Shown piece by piece: positions 25,489 to 33,789 of a stretch of DNA of 64,000 bases (position 1 is the first letter of the stretch; each line of letters starts with the position of its first letter). This DNA comes from Caldilineaceae bacterium. GTDB lineage: Bacteria > Chloroflexota > Anaerolineae > Caldilineales > Caldilineaceae. Location: positions 5,146 through 69,145 of the forward strand of contig JACKBC010000035.1 in NCBI GenBank assembly GCA_020634755.1, written 5' to 3'. Under the pieces are notes generated by a model, which saw only the letters and a list, made by a program, of their open reading frames with translations, searched no databases and was not told the DNA's origin. A program made the translations under genes and the position numbers.

Positions 25489-25517
25489 TTGACTTTCGGG
25501 AACGCTTACGCTATGCT
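25489..25517 (+). promoter_or_regulatory. Candidate promoter of the Phd/VapC operon (TTGACT - 17 nt - TATGCT), followed by a short palindrome
   Basis: Positions read directly. The inverted repeat catgac-tatg-gtcat at ~25528-25543 could be the antitoxin operator. Confidence 0.45.
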
Positions 25518-25563
25518 ATTCCCCCAGTCATGACTATGGTCATATTTATATGAAGAGGCGACA

Positions 25564-25794
25564 ATGATTACAATTTCTAAAAGCAAGTTAAAAGCGCAAA
25601 TGCTGAAAATATTTCGTGAAATTGAAGAGAGTGGCGAAGAGATTATTGTGACAGACAACAATCGCCCCGTCATCCGCATCCAGCCCATTAACAAAAAGGT
25701 GAGCGTTGAGGATGCCTTTGGCGCATGGCAGGGCCAAGTGATTTTTTATGAAGACCCCAATGCACCCACCATTGACGAATGGGAAGAGGTCTAA
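25564..25794 (+). CDS. Phd/YefM-family type II antitoxin
   Basis: 76 aa. MITISKSKLKAQMLKIFREIEESGEEIIVTDNNRPV..I.P has the typical Phd/YefM N-terminal fold pattern. Confidence 0.75.
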   Translation: MITISKSKLKAQMLKIFREIEESGEEIIVTDNNRPVIRIQPINKKVSVEDAFGAWQGQVIFYEDPNAPTIDEWEEV

Positions 25795-25795
25795 A

Positions 25796-26176
25796 TTGAT
25801 ACTGCTTGATACATCGACACTGTTATTCTGGACGCTGGATCGCGCCAAGCTTTCAATCGCGGCCGCAGCCGCTATGGGCGATGCAGATCGTATTCTGATC
25901 CTGTCGATAGCTTTTTGGGAAATTGGGGTAAAGGCGCAAAAAGGCAAGCTATTGTTGCCTGGTCCGTTGCATGAGTTTGTCAGTCGGGTCAAGCGCGTGG
26001 ATCGTGTAGAGATCGTGGCGATGGATGAAAATATTTGGGTTGAAGCGGCTACTCTAAACTGGGTGCATCGCGATCCAGCGGACCGCGCGTTGGTTGCGAC
26101 AGCAACATTGCTCGAATGCCCAATTGTTACGTCTGATCTCGCGATTCGCGAATATTTTGCCCGAGCCATTTGGTAA
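25796..26176 (+). CDS. vapC: PIN-domain toxin (VapC-like)
   Basis: Acidic PIN residues: LLDTS, FWEI, RDPADRALVATA, VTSD. The start is set at TTG 25796, 2 nt after the antitoxin stop. The track's ATG 25748 would overlap the antitoxin by 47 nt. Confidence 0.7.
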   Translation: MILLDTSTLLFWTLDRAKLSIAAAAAMGDADRILILSIAFWEIGVKAQKGKLLLPGPLHEFVSRVKRVDRVEIVAMDENIWVEAATLNWVHRDPADRALVATATLLECPIVTSDLAIREYFARAIW

Positions 26177-26179
26177 CTA

Positions 26180-26246
26180 CTCAGCTCCTCGAGGGCTGAG
26201 CTTGTCGAAGGCCGCCGTTGCCTGAGCCTGTCGCAGGCAACGGCGG
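26180..26246 (+). terminator. Two consecutive GC-rich hairpins after vapC
   Basis: ctcagctcctcgagggctgag, then ccgccgttgcctg-agcctgtcg-caggcaacggcgg (13-bp perfect stem). Confidence 0.45.
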
Positions 26247-26491
26247 AGGCAACCATGAGCAACCATTAGAAATGGGCGCCTACCATTGAAAAATTGCCGC
26301 CGCGATTTGGCCCCAACTGCGGCGGCGGCTTCGCGATTTTAGCCGAGGATTCTATCCTGCCGTCCTATGTTCGCCGCCAAATCCAAATGCACCCGAAAAA
26401 TCAGATCCCATTGCACAACCCCATTAAGTATGCTACTATGTATTGTCGCCAAATCGATACATGTATTTTCTGAATTTTTCAAACTCTGCGC

Positions 26492-28168
26492 ATGATCGTA
26501 CTTAACCTAGACCGCATTTCGTTTACCTATATTAGCCGGCCCATCTTTCAAAACCTGTCGTGGGAGATTCACAGTGGGCGCTGCGTGGGGCTGGTGGGCC
26601 CCAATGGCTGCGGCAAGAGCACGCTGCTCAAGCTGATCGCCGGGGAGCTGACCAGCGATGGCGGTTATCTGGTCCGCGCGCCCAATTTGCGCATTGGCTA
26701 TTTACGCCAAGAGCCGCGGTTGACGCCTGGGCATACGGTGCTGCAAGAAGCGCTGACCGCGTTCACAGAGCTGGTTGCGGTGGAGCAAGCGCTGACCAAG
26801 GCGGAAAATCGGTTGGCCGACCCGGCGGTCTATGGCGATGAAAAGGCGCTGGCCCGCGTGCTGGATGAACAAGCGCGGCTGCTGGATGAATACACGCGGC
26901 TGGGCGGCCCGGGCTATGAAAGCCGCGTGCGCACTACGCTGGAACAGCTCGGTTTTGCCACAGATGCTGAACTCAATCTGGCTGTAGAGGTGCTGAGCGG
27001 TGGTCAGAAAAAGTTGCTGGGGCTGGCCAAGTTGCTGATTACGCAGCCCGACGTGCTGCTGTTGGACGAGCCGGATAACCATCTTGATTTGACCGGAAAA
27101 GCCTTTCTAGAGCAGCTGATCAGCAAATTTGAAGGCGCGGTGGTGATTGTGTCGCATGACCGCTACTTGCTGGACCTGGTGGCCGATGAGATTGCCGAGC
27201 TGGAAGATGGACGTCTGACGCTCTTCCCGGGCGACTATTCCGAATATGCCTTTGAAAAACAAGCGCGGCTGCTGCGCCAACAGCAGCTCTTCCAGGCGCA
27301 ATCCAAAGAAATTGATCGATTGGAGCAATCTGCGAAACGCTTACTGACGTGGGGGCGCGTTTATGATAACGTCAAGTTCATTCGCCGCGGGCAGAATATC
27401 CTCAAGCGCATTGAGCGCATCGACCGCATTGATAAGCCAATCCTCGAGCGGCGGCGCATGGAGTTGGAGCTAGCCGGTTGGCGCGGTTCCAATAAAGTGT
27501 TGGAAATTGCCGATTTGGATAAGGCGTTTCCCGCGTATGAGCCCACCGAGCGCGAAAATATTATTTTGGCCGGTCTGGATCTACTCATTTGGCGCGGCGA
27601 GCGGGTGGGGCTCGTTGGGCCCAATGGCGCCGGCAAGTCGCTGCTCTTTCGGCTGATTTTGGCGCAGGAGCAGCCCAGCAGCGGTGAAATTCGCATTGGC
27701 CCCAGCGTCGAAATTGCCTATTACGCCCAGGAGCACGAAACGCTTGATTACAGCCGCACGTTGATCGAAACGGTGCGGGCGGCCGCTCGCAAATCTGAAA
27801 GCGATGCCGTGGCCTTTTTGGGCAAATTCCTCTTTTCATACGAACAGGCGCGCGGCCCTGTTTCCGAGCTTTCTGGCGGCGAGCGCAGCCGTTTGCAAAT
27901 GGCGCTGATGATGCTGACCAACGCCAATTTCCTGCTGCTTGATGAACCGACCAACAATCTAGATATTGCTTCCGCCGAGGTATTGGAGGATGCTCTCGGG
28001 GAATTTGAAGGTACTGTCTTGGTGATTTCGCATGACCGTTATTTTCTCGACCGAACGGTCGAACGTGTAGTAGAATTAGAGGATGGCGCCCTAAATGAGT
28101 ACATCGGCGGCTACAGCGATTATCAGGCTGAGAAGTTCGCCCGCACTAAAAAGAGACAGCGCAAATGA
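26492..28168 (+). CDS. ABC-F family ATPase (two tandem ABC domains, no membrane domain)
   Basis: 558 aa. Walker A GPNGCGKST and GPNGAGKS. Signatures LSGGQKK and LSGGERS. Interdomain linker. Confidence 0.9.
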   Translation: MIVLNLDRISFTYISRPIFQNLSWEIHSGRCVGLVGPNGCGKSTLLKLIAGELTSDGGYLVRAPNLRIGYLRQEPRLTPGHTVLQEALTAFTELVAVEQALTKAENRLADPAVYGDEKALARVLDEQARLLDEYTRLGGPGYESRVRTTLEQLGFATDAELNLAVEVLSGGQKKLLGLAKLLITQPDVLLLDEPDNHLDLTGKAFLEQLISKFEGAVVIVSHDRYLLDLVADEIAELEDGRLTLFPGDYSEYAFEKQARLLRQQQLFQAQSKEIDRLEQSAKRLLTWGRVYDNVKFIRRGQNILKRIERIDRIDKPILERRRMELELAGWRGSNKVLEIADLDKAFPAYEPTERENIILAGLDLLIWRGERVGLVGPNGAGKSLLFRLILAQEQPSSGEIRIGPSVEIAYYAQEHETLDYSRTLIETVRAAARKSESDAVAFLGKFLFSYEQARGPVSELSGGERSRLQMALMMLTNANFLLLDEPTNNLDIASAEVLEDALGEFEGTVLVISHDRYFLDRTVERVVELEDGALNEYIGGYSDYQAEKFARTKKRQRK

Positions 28169-28559
28169 GCAAACTTGAGGCCCAAAAGCAAGAAATCATC
28201 CGAATTTTAGAGCAGACGCCCCACATTGTTTTTGCTGTGCTCTACGGTTCCGCCACCGAACTGGCGCACTATCGCGATCTCGATGTGGCCATTTGGGTGG
28301 AGCCTGATGCTATGTCTGCCAGGGAAGAACTTGCCTATGCTTTTGCTTGGGCGGATGAATTGACGCATCGCCTGCACTTTCCGGTCGATGTGCGCGTAAT
28401 CAACTGTGCTCCGCAGCTTTCCGTTATCATGTGAGCAAAGGTCAGCTTTTGTTGGCGCGCGATGCTGACCGATATGCTCAGTGTTTAGAACGCACCTGGG
28501 ATGAGTATCTGGATTTCAAGCCAATAGCTATGCAATATCTGCGCGAGGTAGCCGCATGA
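28165..28559 (+). pseudogene. MNT-type nucleotidyltransferase antitoxin, frameshifted
   Basis: Frame 1 gives ...AVLYGSATELAHYRDLDVAIWVEP...RVINCAPQLSVIM*. The family continues in the -1 frame from ~28410: AAFRYHVSKGQLLLARDADRYAQCLERTWDEYLDFKPIAMQYLREVAA*. The ATG overlaps the ABC-F stop (ATGA). Confidence 0.6.
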
Positions 28560-28678
28560 GCGCCATAAATGTCGACCGCATCCGGGAACTGCTGGGCAAT
28601 ATTGCCGATGCGCAGCGACAATATTTGCTCAAGGCTTGCGTAAGTTTTGAAAGAGATAGAAAGGTTTCATTTTCATGA
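28556..28678 (+). pseudogene. 40-codon remnant, possibly the N-terminus of the cognate HEPN (DUF86-like) toxin
   Basis: Own translation: MSAINVDRIRELLGNIADAQRQYLLKACVSFERDRKVSFS*. ATGA overlaps at both ends. Reading breaks at an aaggcttgcgtaagt motif shared with family M2 ends. Assigned from position and N-terminal pattern only. Confidence 0.3.
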
Positions 28679-30456
28679 AGTCATTACGACGGGTGATTCG
28701 CTATCTGTCACCCTACAAATTTTGGGCGGTGGGGGCTACACTGAGTCTGATTCTGGTTACGGCCATGAATTTGGTGACGCCACAACTGCTGCGCTGGGTA
28801 GTCGATGGTGGCATTACGGCCAAAGATGGCTGGGTAATTACCTGGGGGACGGCGGCGTTGGCTGTGGTGGCCATTGCACGCGGTATTTTCAATTTTACCC
28901 AAACCTTTTGGGGCGAGCAGGCGAGCCAAAGCGTGGCCTTTGATATGCGCAACGAACTCTATGCCAAAATTCAGGGGCTGAGCTTTAGCTATCACGACCA
29001 GGCCCAAACGGGACAATTGATGACGCGCGCCACCAACGATGTGGATCTAGTGCGTCAGTTTATTGGCCAGGGGCTTTTTCAAGTGATCAACGCCGTGGTT
29101 ATGGTCATTGGCAGTGCATCGGTGCTTCTGTGGATGAACTGGGAGCTGGGGCTGGTGACGCTGCTCACCGTACCCGCCATTGGTTTGGTGCTGGCCCAAT
29201 TCGCTCGCAACATTCGGCCCATGTTTGGGATTATCCAGAAAAAGTTGGGTGGACTCAACTCGATTTTACAGGAGAATCTGGCCGGCATTCGCGTGGTCAA
29301 GGCCTTTGCCCGTTCAGGTTTTGAAGAAGACCGCTTTGAGAAAGCCAACACCGATTATAAAGAGACCAACCTGGATTTTGTGCGCGCCGCTTCGGCATCA
29401 TTCCCGCTGATTTTTCTCTTTTCTAATTTTGGCACCATTCTGATTCTGGGCTACGGTGGTTTTCAGGTCATTGGCAACCGGCTCAGCGTCGGTGAACTGG
29501 TGGCTTTCAACACATATCTCATGTTTCTGGTCCAGCCCATGATGACCATTGGCTTTGTCTCCAGCATTGTGATTCGGGCCGGCGTTAGCGCCGAGCGCAT
29601 CTTTGAAGTGCTGGATGCAGCCAACGCCGTGGTAGACAACCCCAACGCACGTACGTTGCCCCCCGTGGTGGGCCGCGTTGAATTTGAAAATGTGCGCTTC
29701 CGCTATGTGGGGCAGGAGCAGGACGTGCTGGCCGGGGTCAGCTTTATTGCCGAGCCAGGCCAAACCGTGGCCATTTTGGGCTCGACTGGTTCGGGCAAAA
29801 GCACAATCATCAACCTGTTGCCCCGCTTCTACGACGTGACCGATGGCCGTGTGCTGGTAGATGGCCAGGATGTGCGTGAAGTGACGTTAGATAGCCTGCG
29901 CTCACAAATCGGCATTGTGCTGCAAGAGACCACGCTCTTCTCTGGCACCATTCGCGATAACATTGCGTATGGCCGCCCGGACGCCACCGACGAAGAAGTA
30001 TTGGCGGCGGCCAAAGCCGCCCAGGCACACAACTTTATTCTGGAGCAGCCCAAAGGCTATGAAACTGAAGTTGGGGAGCGCGGCGTTGGTCTCAGCGGTG
30101 GCCAAAAGCAGCGCGTGGCCATTGCCCGCGCCCTGCTGCTTGATCCCCGCATCCTGATTTTGGATGATTCGACCAGCGCCGTCGATGCCGAGACTGAATA
30201 TCAAATTCAGCAGGCGCTCGATAAGCTCATGGTGGGCCGCACCTCCTTTGTAATTGCCCAGCGCATTAGCACTGTGCGCAACGCCGGTCTGGTGCTGGTG
30301 CTGGACAAGGGACGTATTGCCGCCAGCGGTACGCACGAATCACTCATGATGGATTCGCCACTCTATGCTGAGATTGTGCAGTCACAGCTGCGGCAGGATA
30401 CAGATGCCAAGGGACAAGTGATTGAGCAAGAGGCAGGCGAGCTTTCAACAATATAG
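28675..30456 (+). CDS. ABC exporter, fused permease-ATPase (type I exporter, half-transporter 1)
   Basis: 593 aa. 6 TM helices, then Walker A GSTGSGKST, signature LSGGQKQR and Walker B ILILDD. Confidence 0.9.
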   Translation: MKSLRRVIRYLSPYKFWAVGATLSLILVTAMNLVTPQLLRWVVDGGITAKDGWVITWGTAALAVVAIARGIFNFTQTFWGEQASQSVAFDMRNELYAKIQGLSFSYHDQAQTGQLMTRATNDVDLVRQFIGQGLFQVINAVVMVIGSASVLLWMNWELGLVTLLTVPAIGLVLAQFARNIRPMFGIIQKKLGGLNSILQENLAGIRVVKAFARSGFEEDRFEKANTDYKETNLDFVRAASASFPLIFLFSNFGTILILGYGGFQVIGNRLSVGELVAFNTYLMFLVQPMMTIGFVSSIVIRAGVSAERIFEVLDAANAVVDNPNARTLPPVVGRVEFENVRFRYVGQEQDVLAGVSFIAEPGQTVAILGSTGSGKSTIINLLPRFYDVTDGRVLVDGQDVREVTLDSLRSQIGIVLQETTLFSGTIRDNIAYGRPDATDEEVLAAAKAAQAHNFILEQPKGYETEVGERGVGLSGGQKQRVAIARALLLDPRILILDDSTSAVDAETEYQIQQALDKLMVGRTSFVIAQRISTVRNAGLVLVLDKGRIAASGTHESLMMDSPLYAEIVQSQLRQDTDAKGQVIEQEAGELSTI

Positions 30457-30492
30457 TACGCAATTGCAATATGCACATTTTAAGGATAAATC

Positions 30493-32343
30493 ATGGGCTT
30501 TGGACGTGAAGGCTTTGAACGAGCCGCGAATTTAGACAATGAAAGTGCCGGCGATGTGGGCGAAACGCTCCGTCGTCTGGTGGGCTATTTGTTGCCGCAC
30601 AGGTACGCGCTGAGCATGTCAATGGTATCGATGGTGCTCAGCGCGGTGGCCTTGGCGGTGAGTCCCTTTATTGTGGCATATACGATTGACAATTATATAT
30701 TGACAGGAGATGTAAACGGGCTCATCCGCATGCTGCTCGTGTTATTGGGCGCTTTTGCCATGCAATACCTGGGCTTCCGCGGCCAATTTTATTATGTGGG
30801 TATTATGGGCCAGGAAGTGATGGCGCGCATCCGCAGCGAAATCTTTGTGAAAGTTCAGAAACTCTCACTCAGCTATTTTGATAAGCACGACGCCGGCGAT
30901 CTGATGAGCCGATTGGTCAACGATGTGGATGTACTCAATCAGTTTTTGAGCCAAGGGTTCGTCCAATTTATCGGCGGCATTGTGCGCATGATCTTTGTGG
31001 CTGTGGCCATGTTTTTGGTGGATTGGCGGCTGGCATTGGCCACCCTGATCGTGGTGCCCATGATGATTCTGGTCTCTACCTATCTATCGCGCCTGGCGCG
31101 CAAAGCTTTCCGCGAAAGCCGCGAATCGCTGGGCGACGTTTCCACCGAATTAGAGGAAGGCATTTCGGGCGTCAAAGTGGCGCAGGCATTTAACCGCAGC
31201 GAAGAGAATGTGCGCCACTTCCAGGAGCTAAACCGGCGCAACCGCGACGCCAACGTGGGGGCGGTCGGCGTCTCTTCGGCCTTTATGCCGGCCATGGAAG
31301 TGCTCAATGCGCTGGCCACCACCATTGTGGCCGGTTATGGTGGCTATCAGGCCATTAGCGGCGCGATCAGTGTGGGCGTGGTGGTTGGCTTTCTTGAGTA
31401 TGTGCGCCGCTTCTTCTTCCCCGTGCAGCAGATTGCCCAGCTTTGGGTGCTGGTGCAGTCGTCGCTGGCCGGGGCTGAACGTATTTTCCACTTGCTGGAT
31501 GAGGAAGTTTCGCTTACGGATGCGCCGGGCGCGCAGCCCATGCCCGAAATTCAGGGCCGCATTGTTTTCGACAATGTGGAGTTTGAATATGACAAAGGTG
31601 AGCCGATCTTGCGGGGCATTAGCCTGACGGCCGAACCGGGACAGACCGTTGCCGTGGTTGGGCCCACCGGCGCCGGCAAGACCACGGTGATCAACTTGCT
31701 GAGCCGCTTCTACGATGTGACTGCCGGCCGCGTACTCATTGATGGTATTGACGTGCGAGACGTCACGCAAGATAGCCTGCGCCGGCAGATCGGCGTGGTG
31801 CTGCAAGACAACTTCCTCTTCTCCGGCACGGTGGCGGACAACATTCGCTATGGCCGGCTGGACGCCACCGATGAAGAGGTGGAGATTGCGGCGCGCACGG
31901 TGGGCGCGCACGGGTTTATCAGCGGTCTTGCCCAAGGCTATCAGACTGAACTGGGGGAGCGCGGCGGTAATCTTTCGCAGGGGCAGCGCCAGCTCATTAG
32001 CTTTGCCCGCGCCATTCTGGCCAACCCGCGCGTGCTGGTGCTGGATGAAGCCACCGCCAGCGTGGATACGCGCACCGAACTGGTGATCCAAGAAGCGCTC
32101 AAGAAGCTGCTGGCTGGCCGGACCAGTTTTGTGATTGCCCACCGCCTCAGCACCATCCGCGACGCCGACCAGGTGCTGGTTATGGAGCAAGGCAAAATTG
32201 TTGAGCGCGGCACGCATGATGAATTGGTCGCCCGCGGCGGCGCCTATGCTCAGCTGCACGCCCGCCAATTCCGCGATGTGAGTACGATTGCGCTCAACGG
32301 CAGCGGGGTAAATGGGAAGGTGCGGGAGAAAGTAGAGGAGTAG
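30493..32343 (+). CDS. ABC exporter, fused permease-ATPase (half-transporter 2; likely heterodimer partner)
   Basis: 616 aa. Walker A GPTGAGKTT, signature LSQGQRQL and Walker B VLVLDE. The last 3 codons and the TAG stop lie in a repeat word array. Confidence 0.9.
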   Translation: MGFGREGFERAANLDNESAGDVGETLRRLVGYLLPHRYALSMSMVSMVLSAVALAVSPFIVAYTIDNYILTGDVNGLIRMLLVLLGAFAMQYLGFRGQFYYVGIMGQEVMARIRSEIFVKVQKLSLSYFDKHDAGDLMSRLVNDVDVLNQFLSQGFVQFIGGIVRMIFVAVAMFLVDWRLALATLIVVPMMILVSTYLSRLARKAFRESRESLGDVSTELEEGISGVKVAQAFNRSEENVRHFQELNRRNRDANVGAVGVSSAFMPAMEVLNALATTIVAGYGGYQAISGAISVGVVVGFLEYVRRFFFPVQQIAQLWVLVQSSLAGAERIFHLLDEEVSLTDAPGAQPMPEIQGRIVFDNVEFEYDKGEPILRGISLTAEPGQTVAVVGPTGAGKTTVINLLSRFYDVTAGRVLIDGIDVRDVTQDSLRRQIGVVLQDNFLFSGTVADNIRYGRLDATDEEVEIAARTVGAHGFISGLAQGYQTELGERGGNLSQGQRQLISFARAILANPRVLVLDEATASVDTRTELVIQEALKKLLAGRTSFVIAHRLSTIRDADQVLVMEQGKIVERGTHDELVARGGAYAQLHARQFRDVSTIALNGSGVNGKVREKVEE

Positions 32344-32353
32344 GGAGTGGAAA

Positions 32354-32405
32354 AGTAGCGGAGTGGAGGAGCAGAGAAGTCGCTCGCCTCCTCCACTCCG
32401 CTACT
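32354..32405. repeat. Perfect 18-bp-stem hairpin of the AGTRGNGG / CCTCYACT word family
   Basis: agtagcggagtggaggag (32354-32371) and ctcctccactccgctact (32388-32405) are exact reverse complements, with a 16-nt loop. Confidence 0.9.
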
Positions 32406-32419
32406 TCTTGATAGACAAC

Positions 32420-33703
32420 ATGAACGATGCACAGGCCGACCAGCTAAACCACAACCTGGTCCAAAAACTAATTGAACTGAATCACATTGAATCTGATGCC
32501 GTGGCGGCGGCTTTTTTGGCGACGCCACGGCGTTTTTTTGCCCCGAATGTAGCGCTGGCCGAGGCGTACGAGAATCGGGCGTTGCCGCTTAAACAGGCTG
32601 AAAACGCCTGGCTCAGCTCGATTTCGCAACCGTCTATGATCGCCATTATGTTGGAGCAACTTGCACTCCAGCCCGGCATGCAAGTGCTGGAAATTGGCGC
32701 CGGCTCGGGCTATAACGCCGCGCTCATGGCGCATCTGGTGGGCAAAAAGGGCCACATTACTACGTTAGACATTGACCAAGATCTGGTGGATGGGGCGCGC
32801 GCCAATCTGGCCGCGGCGGGGGTGCGCAATGTGGATGTGGTTTGTGCAGACGGCGGACTAGGATACGCTGTGGGCGCACCCTATGACCGCATCATTCTCA
32901 CCGTGGGCGCGGCGGATATAAGTCCGTACTGGGTGGCGCAACTTGTGCCGGGTGGTCGACTGCTGCTGCCGCTGGAACTCTACATGCGGCAACTTTCGGT
33001 GGCGTTTGACAAAGTTGAAAATGCTGCCGGCGCACACCTGGAGAGCCAGTCCGTGCAGGATTGCGCGTTTATTCGGTTGCGCGGCGTGTATGCGGCGCCG
33101 GACGTAGCGGCCTTAGAAATGGCGCCGGGGATCGACCTATTTACCAATAGCGATGCCGTATGCGCTCTTTCCGAGCAAATATTGACGTGGCTACAACGGC
33201 CGCCGTTCGATTGGCCAACCGGGGTGGAAATTACAACGCGGGATTTTTGGCGCGGCCTTTCGCTGTGGCTGATGCTGCATGAACCAGAGATTTCTGGCCT
33301 GCGCATTACGGAGCGGGCTAGTCGCTCCATACAGGGATTTGCCGGGCAATTCTTGGCTGAAAGTGCAGGCGTCGTAACGGCTTCAATTTTGTGCGGACAG
33401 CATGGCATGGCAGCCCTGTTGCAAGCGCATCCAACGGCTGTCGAACGTGATGAAGCGCTTGATCCGCAGCCGGTTGAGCTGATTGTGCGCCAGCTGGGGA
33501 CGGATGAGTCAGTCGCATGGCGGCTGGTCTCGCTCGTGCAGGCGTGGGAGATGGCCGAGCGGCCCACGACAGAACGGCTGCGCTTGATGGCCTATCCCAA
33601 AAGCATGGAGCCGCCGGAGATAAATGGATTTTTGATTGAGAAGCCGGAAACCTGGCTCGTGCTGGAATGGAGAGAGGTCGCTGCGCCAGCAACAAATGGC
33701 TGA
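32420..33703 (+). CDS. Protein-L-isoaspartate O-methyltransferase (PIMT)-like methyltransferase with ~220-aa C-terminal extension
   Basis: SAM motif VLEIGAGSGYNAALMAHLV. DGGLGYAVGAPYDRIILTVGA and LVPGGRLLLPL match PIMT motifs. The start is ambiguous: ATG 32420 has no obvious SD, and GTG 32363 lies inside the hairpin. Confidence 0.7.
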   Translation: MNDAQADQLNHNLVQKLIELNHIESDAVAAAFLATPRRFFAPNVALAEAYENRALPLKQAENAWLSSISQPSMIAIMLEQLALQPGMQVLEIGAGSGYNAALMAHLVGKKGHITTLDIDQDLVDGARANLAAAGVRNVDVVCADGGLGYAVGAPYDRIILTVGAADISPYWVAQLVPGGRLLLPLELYMRQLSVAFDKVENAAGAHLESQSVQDCAFIRLRGVYAAPDVAALEMAPGIDLFTNSDAVCALSEQILTWLQRPPFDWPTGVEITTRDFWRGLSLWLMLHEPEISGLRITERASRSIQGFAGQFLAESAGVVTASILCGQHGMAALLQAHPTAVERDEALDPQPVELIVRQLGTDESVAWRLVSLVQAWEMAERPTTERLRLMAYPKSMEPPEINGFLIEKPETWLVLEWREVAAPATNG

Positions 33704-33789
33704 GGCCACGGTTGTAAGGGCTGAGGATCTGGCGCCGGGCATCGCAATCTTCGTTGGTTGAATGGCCTTGAGGGTTGAATGGAACGAAT

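Noticed and set aside
25588-26262. 224-aa minus-strand ORF across the Phd/VapC locus.
   Set aside because: It is antisense to two genes with clear antitoxin and PIN motifs. Its translation is Ser/Ala/Arg-rich with no recognisable domain.
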